NCBI GenBank assembly: GCA_963665975.1 | Contig: OY762508.1 | Coordinates: 2,267,353-2,331,352 of the forward strand | DNA from: Rhodothermales bacterium | Lineage (GTDB): Bacteria > Bacteroidota > Rhodothermia > Rhodothermales > Bin80 | Direction: 5' to 3' | DNA: 64,000 nt | Shown: positions 1 to 9,811 of the stretch, one piece after another | How positions within the stretch are numbered: the stretch's first letter is position 1 | Layout of the letters: the number at the start of each line of letters is the position of its first letter | Program-made: the position numbers and the translations under genes | Notes under the pieces: generated by a model | Databases searched by the model: none | Told to the model about the DNA's origin: nothing | What the model saw: the letters and a program-made list of their open reading frames with translations, nothing else

Positions 1-627
1 GCGGGCGTCAACAGGTGAAGTAAACATGGGGCCGTCCACCACGCACGTGTGAAATTCGCCATTCTCACCCAGCGGGTCGACGCTTGCAGGCAGTGCAGCG
101 AGAAGCTCGCGGTCAAACCACCGTCCAGCCACATGCGCTGGCGCTCTGCGGGGATTGACGGCAGTTACGATCGCTCGGAGTCCGGAGGCGATCATTTCCT
201 CGGCAAGCACGGTGGTGTCCCGCCCCCAGATCGGAAAAATCGGAGCAATCCCGGTGCCGCGGAGCCGGTCCTCGCGATAGCGGCGAATATCTTCGAGAAA
301 AAGGTCGCCAAAGGCGAGTGTTAACGCAGTCTGGTGCCGGGGGAGCGCTCGCATGCGATCAAGGAAGCTCGTCATCGCGGCTTCATACTGCAAATTCGAG
401 CACGGATACGGTATGGGTATTAGGTGCAGCGGCACACCGAGTCGCGCAACCTGCTCCTTGAGAGCCCATATTGGCGTCGAGTGAATGGAGACGCGTTCGA
501 AATGCTCGGTCACCGTCGTAAACACACCGCGGACATCATAGCAGTCGGGTGCTTGCCGGAGGGTGTGAAGGGCCCAGGCGGAGTCCTTGCCAGAAGACCA
601 GGAGACCAGAACAGGAGTAGGGGGCAT
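1..627 (-). CDS. Dph6-related ATP pyrophosphatase (MJ0570/DUF71 adenine-nucleotide alpha-hydrolase); C-terminus cut by the window edge
   Basis: Absent from the ORF track because it runs off the left edge. Hand translation of the reverse strand from ATG at 627-625 gives MPPTPVLVSWSSGKDSAWALHTLRQAPDCYDVRGVFTTVTEHFERVSIH ... GENGEFHTCVVDGPMF. The SGKDS PP-loop and the GEFHT motif are typical of this family. The frame stays open to base 1. Confidence 0.7.
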   Translation of the reverse strand, partial: MPPTPVLVSWSSGKDSAWALHTLRQAPDCYDVRGVFTTVTEHFERVSIHSTPIWALKEQVARLGVPLHLIPIPYPCSNLQYEAAMTSFLDRMRALPRHQTALTLAFGDLFLEDIRRYREDRLRGTGIAPIFPIWGRDTTVLAEEMIASGLRAIVTAVNPRRAPAHVAGRWFDRELLAALPASVDPLGENGEFHTCVVDGPMFTSPVDAR

Positions 628-1097
628 CACGGTGCACACGACAAGTGCAGTAGGGACTGCGACCAAGGCCGCTCGAACAAGGTAGCTGTTACTTCCCAGA
701 GAATACTAGAAGATATTATAAATATGCATGTTGTACTTTATAAGTCTTGGCGAAAGCACTACAATTTGATTCTTTAGGCCCTTGTAACACCGACCAGAGT
801 TGAAATCCCATAGTGCCTTACCATACCAGGTAAATAATTCCCTAAGCAGTCGTTATTATGACGGCCATCGGTAGCTTTGAACGGGGGCAATCCCATGACA
901 GATACGGCAAGGGCACGCACAAATAGTCGACTTTCTTCGGGATCAGCGAAGTACTTCAGGGTTGATCTCGGTTATAGACAAGTGGCCGCTTTAACGTTAA
1001 GAGGTCTTCGTTCAAGATCTTGATGGGACTCTGTTATACTCTGCATAGCGAACAGAGGTAACCAAAGTGATTGCTGGTCCGGCTTCTACAACGCGGC

Positions 1098-1889
1098 ATG
1101 CTGGTCACAGATTACCACTATAACCAGGCAGAAACCCAATCGAAGCAACTCATGGATCAGATCAAGCAATACGAAACGATCGCCGACGCGTTCGCGGTCT
1201 CAATGGCGCTTCCGTTCCGCGAGGCCATCGAGCAGCACACTCTGAGAGAGCTTCTGGGAGATGTCTCCAGGGCGAACGTAGTTGACATGGCCTGCGGCGA
1301 CGGGTTCTATACACGGTGGGTTAAGCGGTCCGGAGCATTGACGGCGATGGGCCTCGATGTTTCCGTCGAAATGATTCGTCGCGCGGAAGAAATGGAACAG
1401 CGCAATCCACTCGGATGCGAATACCGGCAGTCGGATATCGCCACGGCTGTTGTGTCCAACCCCGTGGATGTGGTGATCGCTGTGTATTCCCTCGGTTATG
1501 CCCGAAGTGGTGCGCAACTCCGGCAGTTCTGCAAGGCGTGCTACCATGCCTTGCGCGAGGGTGGGCGGTTCGTCGGGCTCAACGACAACGTTCGGAATCC
1601 TCCTCCTACGGGCATCTCGTGGAGGAAATACGGATTAGAGAGATACTGTCCGAATCCACTTTCAGAGGGTGACCCGGTTCGATATACGATTATCAACGCG
1701 GACGGGCAGCGGTTCGATGTGGAGAATTTCTATCTGAAGGGCAAAACGTATGAGGATGCCTTCGAGGCAGTGGGATTCAGTGAGTTTCGATGGATCGACG
1801 TTTCGTTGGACCCAGCCGAGCATCGCAATCCGTTCTGGGATGACTTTCTGACTCACCCACCCATCGTCGGGTTTACTGCTTCCAGATAG
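1098..1889 (+). CDS. class I SAM-dependent methyltransferase
   Basis: ORF 1071..1889. Motif I is VVDMACGDGFYTRW, followed by a typical post-I/II layout. The ATG at 1098 is preferred over the TTG at 1071; the start is uncertain. Confidence 0.8.
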   Translation: MLVTDYHYNQAETQSKQLMDQIKQYETIADAFAVSMALPFREAIEQHTLRELLGDVSRANVVDMACGDGFYTRWVKRSGALTAMGLDVSVEMIRRAEEMEQRNPLGCEYRQSDIATAVVSNPVDVVIAVYSLGYARSGAQLRQFCKACYHALREGGRFVGLNDNVRNPPPTGISWRKYGLERYCPNPLSEGDPVRYTIINADGQRFDVENFYLKGKTYEDAFEAVGFSEFRWIDVSLDPAEHRNPFWDDFLTHPPIVGFTASR

Positions 1890-2523
1890 TGGCATCAGCG
1901 GCAGACGCTTCGTCATATCCGTCTGGTGATCGGCCGGTTGAGTTAGCGGTCGATTCTCGGGCGTGCCGCGCCGCGCGCATGGTAGCCCATCTGAGCGAGG
2001 ATTACTACGAGATGCGCGCCATGTTTACCAAGATCTGTACTGAGTGCGGGGCAACATGATCACGAGTGGTCCCTGCCTGTCGGATTTTACGTCATGGCCA
2101 CGGTGGGTATTTCGCGGACGTTACTGTCATACGATCCTCATGACGCGCTTTCTTCTTCTTCCTGCATGCTTCATGATCATGGTAGGCTCGTCGAGATGGT
2201 TCCTCCAGAAAATCCAGTACCCAGGATTTTCTGGTCAATTACGATGAGAATATGTCCCGCCCGCAGTTGATGGCGTGCGATGATGTCAGTGGAAGCCACG
2301 AATTGGGTCTTGCTTGATGCAGCATGGTAGAGCTAAACAGTCGCCACTGGGACAAAACAGAGCGGTAGGGCAGAGATGGCCGATCACGGCGAAATGGGAT
2401 ATGCTGCGTGTATGCCGGTAGACTGTGATGATAGAAACACGTAGGTCAACGCCACAGCAGGCCACATCTAAGCATTTCCGAAAGATCCAGGACCAACTAC
2501 CGCAGCGAGGTCGTGATGAGTGG

Positions 2524-3777
2524 TTAACCCAAGCCACGTGTCAGCACAGTGTCCATGATTGTGGCTGCCGTATCAGCCGCTTCACGGGTTACGATCATGG
2601 GTGGCGCCAGGCGTACGGCGTTATTGCCACAGCCCAGTACCAGCAGTCCGCGCTCGAAGCAGTTGCGCTCAAAAGTGCCTGCTTGTCCATGTTCCGCAAA
2701 AGCAAGGGCGAGCATGAGGCCCCTTCCGCGCACCTCGCTAATGGCATCATGGCGTGCGGCAAGCATTTGTAACTGCGCCCCGACATAGGCGCCCATCTCG
2801 CGGGCATTCTCCATGAGGTTATCTTCGACAAGGTCCAGGGTTGCCAAGCCGGCAGCGCACGCCAAGGGGTTGCCGCCAAACGTGCTGCCATGACTGCCAC
2901 GCGGCCACGTCATGACCTTATCCTTGGCCATCATGGCGCTGATGGGAAGCCCTGATCCAAGCCCTTTGCCCAGCGTTATGATGTCTGGGACGATGTCCCA
3001 CTGCTCCATTGCAAAGAAAGTCCCCGTTCGTCCCATGCCCGTTTGGATTTCGTCAGCGATCAAGAGGATGCCGAATTCGTCACACACGGTGCGGAGGTGT
3101 GCGAAGAATCCTGGTGGCGGCACGCGATGGCCACCTTCGCCCTGAATGGGCTCGACGATAATGGCGGCGACCTCCTCCGGTGTCACGGTGCGCTTGAAGA
3201 GACCGCGAAGATGGTGCTCGATACCTGCGCCATACGGCACGTGATGCACGCCTGGAAGATGTGGACCAAATCCTGCACGTTGCACCGCCTTGCTGGCCGT
3301 CAGGCTCATCGCACCGTAGGTGCGTCCATGAAACGCTCCCTCGAAGGCGATCAGGTGCGCGCGTCCGGTGTGGTAGCGCGCCAGTTTGATAGCTGCTTCG
3401 ACGGCTTCCGCCCCGGAATTGCCCAGGTAAACACGCCATGCATCTTCTCCCGGACACAGTGCAGAGAGTCGTGTGCACAGCGCGGTGTAGGTATCATAGT
3501 AGAAGTCCGTACCACAGATGTGGAGCAAACGCTCCGTTTGCCCCCGGATGCGCGCGACTACTTCCGGATGGCAGTGGCCCGTCAAGGTTACCGCAATTCC
3601 GGACATGAAGTCGAGGAATCTGTTGCCGTCCACATCTTCGATGACCATGCCCTCGCCACGGTTAACCACTAGCGGGTAGGCCTTGATAAGCGATCGGGAG
3701 GCTACGTGTCCGTCTGCTGCAATTGCAGCCTGCGCCCGCGGGCCAGGCAAATCCGTCACGATGTGGGGTAGACGCAT
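2524..3777 (-). CDS. class-III PLP aminotransferase (4-aminobutyrate/acetylornithine aminotransferase-like)
   Basis: ORF 2524..4104. The family-like sequence begins at MRLPHIVTDLPGPRAQ. Motifs seen: GNSGAEAVEAAIKLAR, IADEIQTGMGRTG and the TLGKGLGSG PLP-lysine region. The 109-codon N-terminal extension is judged spurious. The M at 3822 is an alternative start. Confidence 0.85.
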   Translation of the reverse strand: MRLPHIVTDLPGPRAQAAIAADGHVASRSLIKAYPLVVNRGEGMVIEDVDGNRFLDFMSGIAVTLTGHCHPEVVARIRGQTERLLHICGTDFYYDTYTALCTRLSALCPGEDAWRVYLGNSGAEAVEAAIKLARYHTGRAHLIAFEGAFHGRTYGAMSLTASKAVQRAGFGPHLPGVHHVPYGAGIEHHLRGLFKRTVTPEEVAAIIVEPIQGEGGHRVPPPGFFAHLRTVCDEFGILLIADEIQTGMGRTGTFFAMEQWDIVPDIITLGKGLGSGLPISAMMAKDKVMTWPRGSHGSTFGGNPLACAAGLATLDLVEDNLMENAREMGAYVGAQLQMLAARHDAISEVRGRGLMLALAFAEHGQAGTFERNCFERGLLVLGCGNNAVRLAPPMIVTREAADTAATIMDTVLTRGLG

Positions 3778-4017
3778 ACAGCTGATAGGAGAAGGGTCAC
3801 AATACGTTAGTGGGATGTTCATAGCTTGTCGGGGCAAGCGCCAAGCTTTGCTAATGCGTGTGCATAGGCGTTGTTCGGGAGAGTGAGGGCCGGCGCGGTA
3901 CCTGCCAGAATGCTCCGTCGCCGAGCGAACGTAATGCCACCGGAAATCAGCCGCCGTTACACGGTGCAGTAATCCCATGGCAGGAGCATCGCTAGCCGGG
4001 TCGGAGGCGCTTGAATA

Positions 4018-4116
4018 TACAGAATCGCAGGGCTCCGAGGCGGGAAACAGAGGCAGCCATCCACGGGTTCGGAGCACATTCTTCGAGTGTGGACCTGAAT
4101 GCATGTAGGACGTGGA
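4018..4116 (+). repeat. copy A of the ypdA-leader element (decayed)
   Basis: Core CGGGAAACAGAGGCAGCCATCCACGGGTTCGGAGCACATTCTTCGAGTGTGGAC...GGACGTGG aligns with 7700-7770 and 9833-9910. It is followed by ATG-TAG (4103-4108) and weak ypdA-like codons (TTGAAGCAGAAGCGGAATTG versus ATTGAGGCCAAGCGCAATGG). Confidence 0.5.
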
Positions 4117-4710
4117 AATTTCGGGTGTTGAAGCAGAAGCGGAATTGTTTCCAGTTTCACGATTTAGGGACTCTTGCGGTCTATATTGGCATCAGCTACT
4201 TATCCATCCCTTCTGTCACATATCCGACTGTCGGCGGCGCACGTTGAGGACCCTTCACGTGAGTATCGGTTAGGCTTGTATGCACTCTTGCAGCCTGGCA
4301 TCAGAAGTCAAAAGCGATCCACTTCGTTCACCGTGAACACGACGTGCCACGCCAGGAAATCGTTCAGTCTTAAAACGCTGCTTACTTGACAAATGCACGA
4401 TATAGCGCCAATGAAATCAGTCCTTTCTCAATCAATTGTCACATTTAGTCGTTGGGAAGCCTGATTCGGGAATCAAAATACTCCCCAAGCAGACCCAGAA
4501 AACTTGCGTTGAGGTGGAATTGCCTCTGATAGCTGTGCTTTCGATTTGCTACGACAGCATGGATGTTGGTTCGCAATTGGTCCGGCGGAATTCACAGGTC
4601 GTTGCATGGATATCGGGTGTGTGCACTATCATCGTTTCACCGGCTATCCATTTGCTTGAGGTCAGAGTATCTTAATCTCATTACGGTCGAAAAACTGCAG
4701 CATAGGCATA

Positions 4711-7563
4711 ATGGCAAGACTTTACGCGCACAACGCATGCAGGCATCTCTTGCTTCTGGCATTGCTTGGTATTGCACCAATCGCCCAGGCGCAGCCTGTG
4801 CCAACATCCCTGTCCGGAACCGTCACGGATGCCGAAACCGAGGTACCGTTGCCAGGTGCCAACGTCTACATTGAGGCTATCGCACAGGGTACAACCACTG
4901 ACGGGGATGGGGCTTACCACCTCTTCGGCCTAGCATCTGGAAGCGTCATTATTTCATTCAGCTTCACCGGATACCAAAATCAGGAAATTACGGTCACGTT
5001 GACCGCTGGAACGGCACACACTCTGGACATCGCCCTGACACCTGGCGTGGAGTTGGATCCCATTCAGGTGACGGCTGGTCGGCGACAGGCGAAGGCTCTC
5101 AATGCTCCAGCATCTGTGGACGTGGTTGGCATTAGGGATTTGAGCGAGGAAACGGGGCCGACGGCCGTAACGGCGCTACGCAATCTTGCTGGTGTTGACA
5201 TGGCACAGACGGGTTACGACCGGCAGGAAGTGGTTATTCGCGGCTTCAACAATGCGTTCACCGCAGCGCTGTATGCCCTGACGGACTATCGGCAGGCCGC
5301 CGTGGCAGCGCTTGGGGTCAATAGTCACAATATCATGCCCAGCCTTGGCATCGATTTGGAGCGTATCGAAGTAGTTCGTGGACCAGGTTCGGCATTGTAC
5401 GGTGCGGGTGTAGATGCGGGTGTCATTCACTATATCACAAAAGATGCGTTTGCCTATCCGGGCGCAACCGTTTCAGTAGCCGGTGGGGATCATTCCTTTC
5501 TTGATTTTCAGGGACGCGTTGCCGGAGTAATAGGCAACAAGCTTGGTGTTAAGGTAGCAGGAGCGTATATGAATGTGGACAATTTTCAGTTAGAGGGTTG
5601 CCCGGCGTCTGTTTTCGCTGCACGCCGTTTTGAGGAATGCCCGGATCCGCACGACGCTCAGCAGATTGCCGCATACGGTGAGCGGGAGACGGCGACGAAG
5701 CGACTGAACGTCTACGGAAGCCTGGAATACAGGTTCGGTAGCCGCACATCCCTGTTGTTCAATGGTGGCCATTCCCTCAGTTCCGGAACTACGATTACCG
5801 GTATTGGCGTCAGCCAGGCAGATAACTGGGGCTACACCTTCGGGCAGTTGCAGTTCAAATCCGGTGGCTTTTTCGCCCAAGCGTATATCAACCAGAATGA
5901 CGCAGGGGACACTTACCTCTATGCAGGGGATACGGTGGTAGATAATGGCAGGCTAGTGAATATGCAGGCACAGTATGATTTGTCCTTGGCAGGCGGGCGT
6001 GAGCAACTCGTTTTCGGCGTTGATGTAGATCTCACGCGCCCCAATACGGAAGGCACGATCCATGGTCGCTTTGAAGAAAGGGACCACATAAATGAGTATG
6101 GTGCCTACGTGCAGTCCTTGACTAGAATCGGCGACCGTCTCGAACTGATAGTCGCAGCTAGGAGCGACTACAGCAACGTCGTGGACAATATCCAGTTTTC
6201 TCCACGGGCGGCCCTCGTCTACAAACCGGCACCCGCGCACAGCATTCGGGCGACGTTTAACCGCGCCTTTTCCTCCCCGCTTGCCACGCGGGTATTTCTG
6301 GATATAGTTGCCGGACAAATTCCGGGTACCGGCATAAGACTCCGGGGACACGGTGCTTCCGAGGGATTCACTTGGGAGCGAAACACTGACTTCCTAGCGC
6401 TCGGGGCTCCAACCGATCTTGTCGCATCCAGCCTCGTGCCCGGTTCCGAGGGGGCGCCGGTTCCTGTTGGTCTGCCAACGGGCGATTTGTATGCGGCCAT
6501 TTATCGCGGACTCGCTGCCGTCCCGCCTGCAGAATTAGCCCGTCAGGTTACGGAGGCAGGCATTCCGATCAATGCCGCTACTACCGCAGTGCTTGTGCAG
6601 CTACTGAGCCCCGACGTCACGGAGGTAACCGGTTTCAGCCCTGGTGTGATGGGTCTGCTCAATCCAACGACAGCGGAAATCGAGACGTTTGTCACTGATC
6701 TGCTACCACTGCCTCCGCTTAGCCAAACGGTTTCCCAAACGTTTGAAATAGGCTACAAGGGTATCGTGAATGACCGAGTGCTAGTTGCATTCGATGGATA
6801 CTTTGGCCGAAAGAAAAATTTCATAGGTCCGCTGAGCCTGGAGACTCCCTTTGTAGTGGTGCCGACCCTGTCGCAGGACCTGACCAACGACATCGCACTT
6901 GGAATTGTGAATAACACCGTACTCGCCGGAACACTGGATGCAGCCGGATTGGCGCCCGAAACTGTGGCGGCTCTGCTCGTGCAACTAGCCGGACAATCCG
7001 GCGCGTTGCCGTCCGCTTCGACACCAGTGGCAATCGTTCAACCGGTAGAGAACAATTTAGGTGCAGGGCATGTGCCGGAGTTGATGCTCACGTATCGGAA
7101 TTTCGGAAGTATCAACTATTACGGAATTGATGCTGCAATTCAGCTGATCGCCTCGGAGAAGCTCGAATTCTTCGCCAACACGTCGTGGGTTAGCGACGAT
7201 TTGTTTGACAATGAGGAATTGAACGAACCGAGCAAGAACGTATCTCTGGCGCTAAATGCATCTCCATTGAAGATAAAGTTCGGCGGCGCCTTCCGGCATC
7301 CCAGCGGTCTCACCATCAATGGATCGGCGCGATATTCGAAGGGTTTCCCGGTGCGTTCCGGCGTTCATGTGGGGGACATTGACGATTATTTCCTCGTGGA
7401 TATGGGTGTAAGCTATAGGTTTGGCTCCCGAATGGAGGGACTGCGGATCAACCTGGGTGTCTCCAACTTGTTCAACAGCAGCCACAGGCAATTCATCGGT
7501 GCGCCCAAGATCGGCCGAGTCACAGTCGCTCGGCTCACCTATACGTTCAATTTTCCGAGTTAG
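4711..7563 (+). CDS. TonB-dependent receptor with an N-terminal CarboxypepD_reg-like domain
   Basis: 950-aa ORF. It has a signal peptide (LALLGIAPIAQA), a carboxypeptidase-regulatory-like module (SGTVTDAETEVPLPGANVYIE...TTDGDGAYHL), a plug region (VEVVRGPGSALYGAG) and a C-terminal beta-barrel ending ARLTYTFNF. Confidence 0.9.
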   Translation: MARLYAHNACRHLLLLALLGIAPIAQAQPVPTSLSGTVTDAETEVPLPGANVYIEAIAQGTTTDGDGAYHLFGLASGSVIISFSFTGYQNQEITVTLTAGTAHTLDIALTPGVELDPIQVTAGRRQAKALNAPASVDVVGIRDLSEETGPTAVTALRNLAGVDMAQTGYDRQEVVIRGFNNAFTAALYALTDYRQAAVAALGVNSHNIMPSLGIDLERIEVVRGPGSALYGAGVDAGVIHYITKDAFAYPGATVSVAGGDHSFLDFQGRVAGVIGNKLGVKVAGAYMNVDNFQLEGCPASVFAARRFEECPDPHDAQQIAAYGERETATKRLNVYGSLEYRFGSRTSLLFNGGHSLSSGTTITGIGVSQADNWGYTFGQLQFKSGGFFAQAYINQNDAGDTYLYAGDTVVDNGRLVNMQAQYDLSLAGGREQLVFGVDVDLTRPNTEGTIHGRFEERDHINEYGAYVQSLTRIGDRLELIVAARSDYSNVVDNIQFSPRAALVYKPAPAHSIRATFNRAFSSPLATRVFLDIVAGQIPGTGIRLRGHGASEGFTWERNTDFLALGAPTDLVASSLVPGSEGAPVPVGLPTGDLYAAIYRGLAAVPPAELARQVTEAGIPINAATTAVLVQLLSPDVTEVTGFSPGVMGLLNPTTAEIETFVTDLLPLPPLSQTVSQTFEIGYKGIVNDRVLVAFDGYFGRKKNFIGPLSLETPFVVVPTLSQDLTNDIALGIVNNTVLAGTLDAAGLAPETVAALLVQLAGQSGALPSASTPVAIVQPVENNLGAGHVPELMLTYRNFGSINYYGIDAAIQLIASEKLEFFANTSWVSDDLFDNEELNEPSKNVSLALNASPLKIKFGGAFRHPSGLTINGSARYSKGFPVRSGVHVGDIDDYFLVDMGVSYRFGSRMEGLRINLGVSNLFNSSHRQFIGAPKIGRVTVARLTYTFNFPS

Positions 7564-7679
7564 ACGGGAGTGCGGACATTTTGCAGGCGGATCAAATCGC
7601 CGCTTGCGAATTGCACAGGAACAGCATGACAGAACTCTCCCACATCTCCGAATGGCTCTCGTAGATTAGGGTATCCAAC

Positions 7680-7838
7680 GCAGAATCGGAGGCGCCGTAG
7701 GGTGAAACAGGGGCAACCATCCTCGGGGCTGAAAGCGCATTTTTTCGGATGCGGACCCGGATGGACGTGGTAATCATTGGAGCGGGGCCCGTAGGACTGC
7801 CCGGCGGACATCATCCTTACGGGGTTACTTGTGATTAG
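7680..7838 (+). repeat. copy B of the ypdA-leader element, with a 25-codon ypdA-derived mini-ORF (7761..7838)
   Basis: GCAGAATCGGAGG...GTGAAACAGGGGCAACCATCCTCGGGGCTGAAAGCGCATTTTTTCGGATGCGGACCCGGATGGACGTGGTAATCATTGGAGCGGGGCCCGTAGGACTG aligns with 9812-9950. The ATG at 7761 encodes MDVVIIGAGPVGLPGGHHPYGVTCD-stop. The first 13 residues match the Rossmann start of the gene at 9898. Confidence 0.55.
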
Positions 7839-7893
7839 CAAACGCGTTCATCCTATCGGGGTCTGTTTCAATGGTCCACTACTCAGGAGGACC

Positions 7894-9081
7894 ATGCGCC
7901 ATTTCTCATTGAATCACGGTAGAGTTTGGCTTTGCTCTGTCCTGGTGTGTAGTGTAGCTGCAGCGTGTGCAAATCCCGAGTCAGAAATCGGCGAGACGTC
8001 TCGCGCCATTCAGGAATTGGATGTGCAACTGCGTGACGTGCTGATCCTTGGAGCAGACGATTCCGCTTCGCCCGAATATCTATTCGGGGCGCCTCGTTTT
8101 GTCGTGACCGACAGTCAGGGTCACATTTATATAGCCGATGAGGCGGTCATGAATATCCGCTCATATGATGCTGCCGGTCATTACCTCCGTACTATTGGCC
8201 AGCGCGGACAGGGGCCTGGTGAGTTCCATAGCTTCACGGGAATGACGATCAACAGGCAGGATGAAATCATCACACTAGACAGGGGAAATGCACGGTTTAC
8301 GCGCTTCTCCCCGGAGGGGAAGGAACTGGATACGCACCCATCACGAATGTGGGCCGTGAGCCGGATACACCCATTCAGGGGAGGCTATCTCATTCTGAAC
8401 AATCATGCAGAGGGAGAAGGCGTCACCGATTACCTGTTTCGAGGCTTTAATCCTAATTTTCAGGAAACCACGGTGGTGTTTGGCAGCGCGGACGAAATAA
8501 TCGACCCGGATGAAATGCTTGAGCAGACCTCTCTATCGGCGGATCCCGGCTCCTTTATCTTCATGGACAGCGGCGTGCTTTTTGCACCGTCCCTCTACGA
8601 GGGCAAGCTCTATCTTTACACTGAGGAACAGGGGCAATGGAAGCAGGCAAGGCAGTTTCTCGGACACGTAGGCATAAGGAGATCGTATAAGAAAATTCTT
8701 GACGGCCCCATGGACACGGAGCATGTCGACGCTTTGCTCCGTTATGCCGGAAAGGATGTAGGTGCTCTGGTGCACAATAGCAGCAAAGGGCTTTTTCGCC
8801 TGCAGGATCAACATATTGTTCACTTTACCTTCTGCGAGTTCGGACAGGAGCGCCTTTTCGGTGTGGAAGTGTTCGAAGAAGACGGATCCTTGATCGGATA
8901 CGGCGTCATTGACCGAGTACCGCTAACGGCCCATGGAACGGCCAGTCTGAAGTTGCGTGTTGTGTGGAAGGATGACCAGGATCGTTTTTACATTATTGAT
9001 CAGGAAGAAAAGCCTGTAATTCGGGTTGTCGAACTGGAGTTCGGACCAATTTCCAACACTTCGGAGAAGGCCCAGAGATAA
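7894..9081 (+). CDS. putative lipoprotein, 6-bladed beta-propeller (NHL/TolB-like) fold, function unknown
   Basis: ORF 7831..9081. AGGAGG lies 5 nt upstream of the ATG at 7894. The signal/lipobox-like N-terminus is MRHFSLNHGRVWLCSVLVCSVAAAC. It has repeated G-x-IYIAD / F-x-P-x-G strand-like patterns. The fold assignment is an inference. Confidence 0.55.
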   Translation: MRHFSLNHGRVWLCSVLVCSVAAACANPESEIGETSRAIQELDVQLRDVLILGADDSASPEYLFGAPRFVVTDSQGHIYIADEAVMNIRSYDAAGHYLRTIGQRGQGPGEFHSFTGMTINRQDEIITLDRGNARFTRFSPEGKELDTHPSRMWAVSRIHPFRGGYLILNNHAEGEGVTDYLFRGFNPNFQETTVVFGSADEIIDPDEMLEQTSLSADPGSFIFMDSGVLFAPSLYEGKLYLYTEEQGQWKQARQFLGHVGIRRSYKKILDGPMDTEHVDALLRYAGKDVGALVHNSSKGLFRLQDQHIVHFTFCEFGQERLFGVEVFEEDGSLIGYGVIDRVPLTAHGTASLKLRVVWKDDQDRFYIIDQEEKPVIRVVELEFGPISNTSEKAQR

Positions 9082-9811
9082 TGCCCCCGCGTTTGGACCA
9101 GTACTAGCTGGCCTCTTCGCATTATGTTGCCATAGCTACTCGGTCGTGGACGTTCCTGGATGATATTGTTCTAGACGCTTGGCCACGAAATTGCGTCCCG
9201 CGCGGGCGCTGCGGGTATGGATGGAGTATTTCCCGCGTCCGGCCTGGCGCAGTTCGACGAGACTGGCTCCCCGTTCGGCCAGGCAGGGGGTCGCTCCCGT
9301 ACCGCCGCTGTGCCCGGATCCGTTTGGCAATCTGTCCCGCGCACCGCCCGAAACATGGCATTACGGAGAGATGGTAGGGTGCAAAGGGGAAGGTGAGCAC
9401 CTGCGCGGTCACCCACCTCCTGATAGAATAAGGAGGGTTCCCATACCCTTCGCTTGTAAGGAATCTCCTATCGCCTCGACGATTCGTAGTATGCCACGAA
9501 TCCAGCGCCATTCTGTCCTCACGGCAGACGGCCGAAATGGACGACTTCAAACGGATTCAGTATACAAATTCAGCGGAATGGGTGGGCGCCTGGTATTGCG
9601 TCATTTTCAGTTGTTTTCGAATGTCAGGCCAGTGGTTGATTGACGGGTTTGCAGATGCGTTATCAGCGCTGTGCGAAGTATCGGAGTCTCCGCGCAGTTC
9701 GGGTTTCACGTAAAGCGCTCTTCCGCGTCCAATAACGACAGCGCAACCCAGCGATGCAACTGCTCAGGATTCGTCCATCGCTTGATGCACGGCGCCCGAC
9801 TCGACTATGGA

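Noticed and set aside
1890-2523. ORFs 2044..2247+, 2286..2537- and 2425..2772+ between the methyltransferase and the aminotransferase
   Set aside because: They are Cys/Arg-rich and overlapping, and one runs antisense into the aminotransferase 3' end. A reverse-frame stretch (…FVASTDIIARHQLRAGHILIVIDQKILGTGF…) lacks a start codon. This may be a gene remnant, but it is not supportable.
3778-4104. N-terminal 109-codon extension of the aminotransferase ORF (526 aa as listed)
   Set aside because: The extension is Arg/Ser/Pro-rich and non-homologous-looking. It reads through the antisense of leader copy A; the same antisense peptide (RTRGWLPLFPA.EP) appears opposite copy C. The aminotransferase-like sequence starts at MRLPHIVTDLPGPRA.
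9350-9540. Possible RNase P RNA (GGTAGGGTGCAAAGGGGAAGGTGAGCACCTGCGCGG resembles the GGUAAGGGUGAAAGGGUGCGGUAAGAGCGCACCGCGCGG block; CACGGCAGACGGCCGAAA resembles CACGACAGAACCCGGCUUA)
   Set aside because: The universally conserved GAGGAAAGUCCGGGC block is absent, and the matching blocks are only about 70 percent similar. I treat the resemblance as chance or, at most, unexplained. An Infernal scan with RF00010 would settle it.
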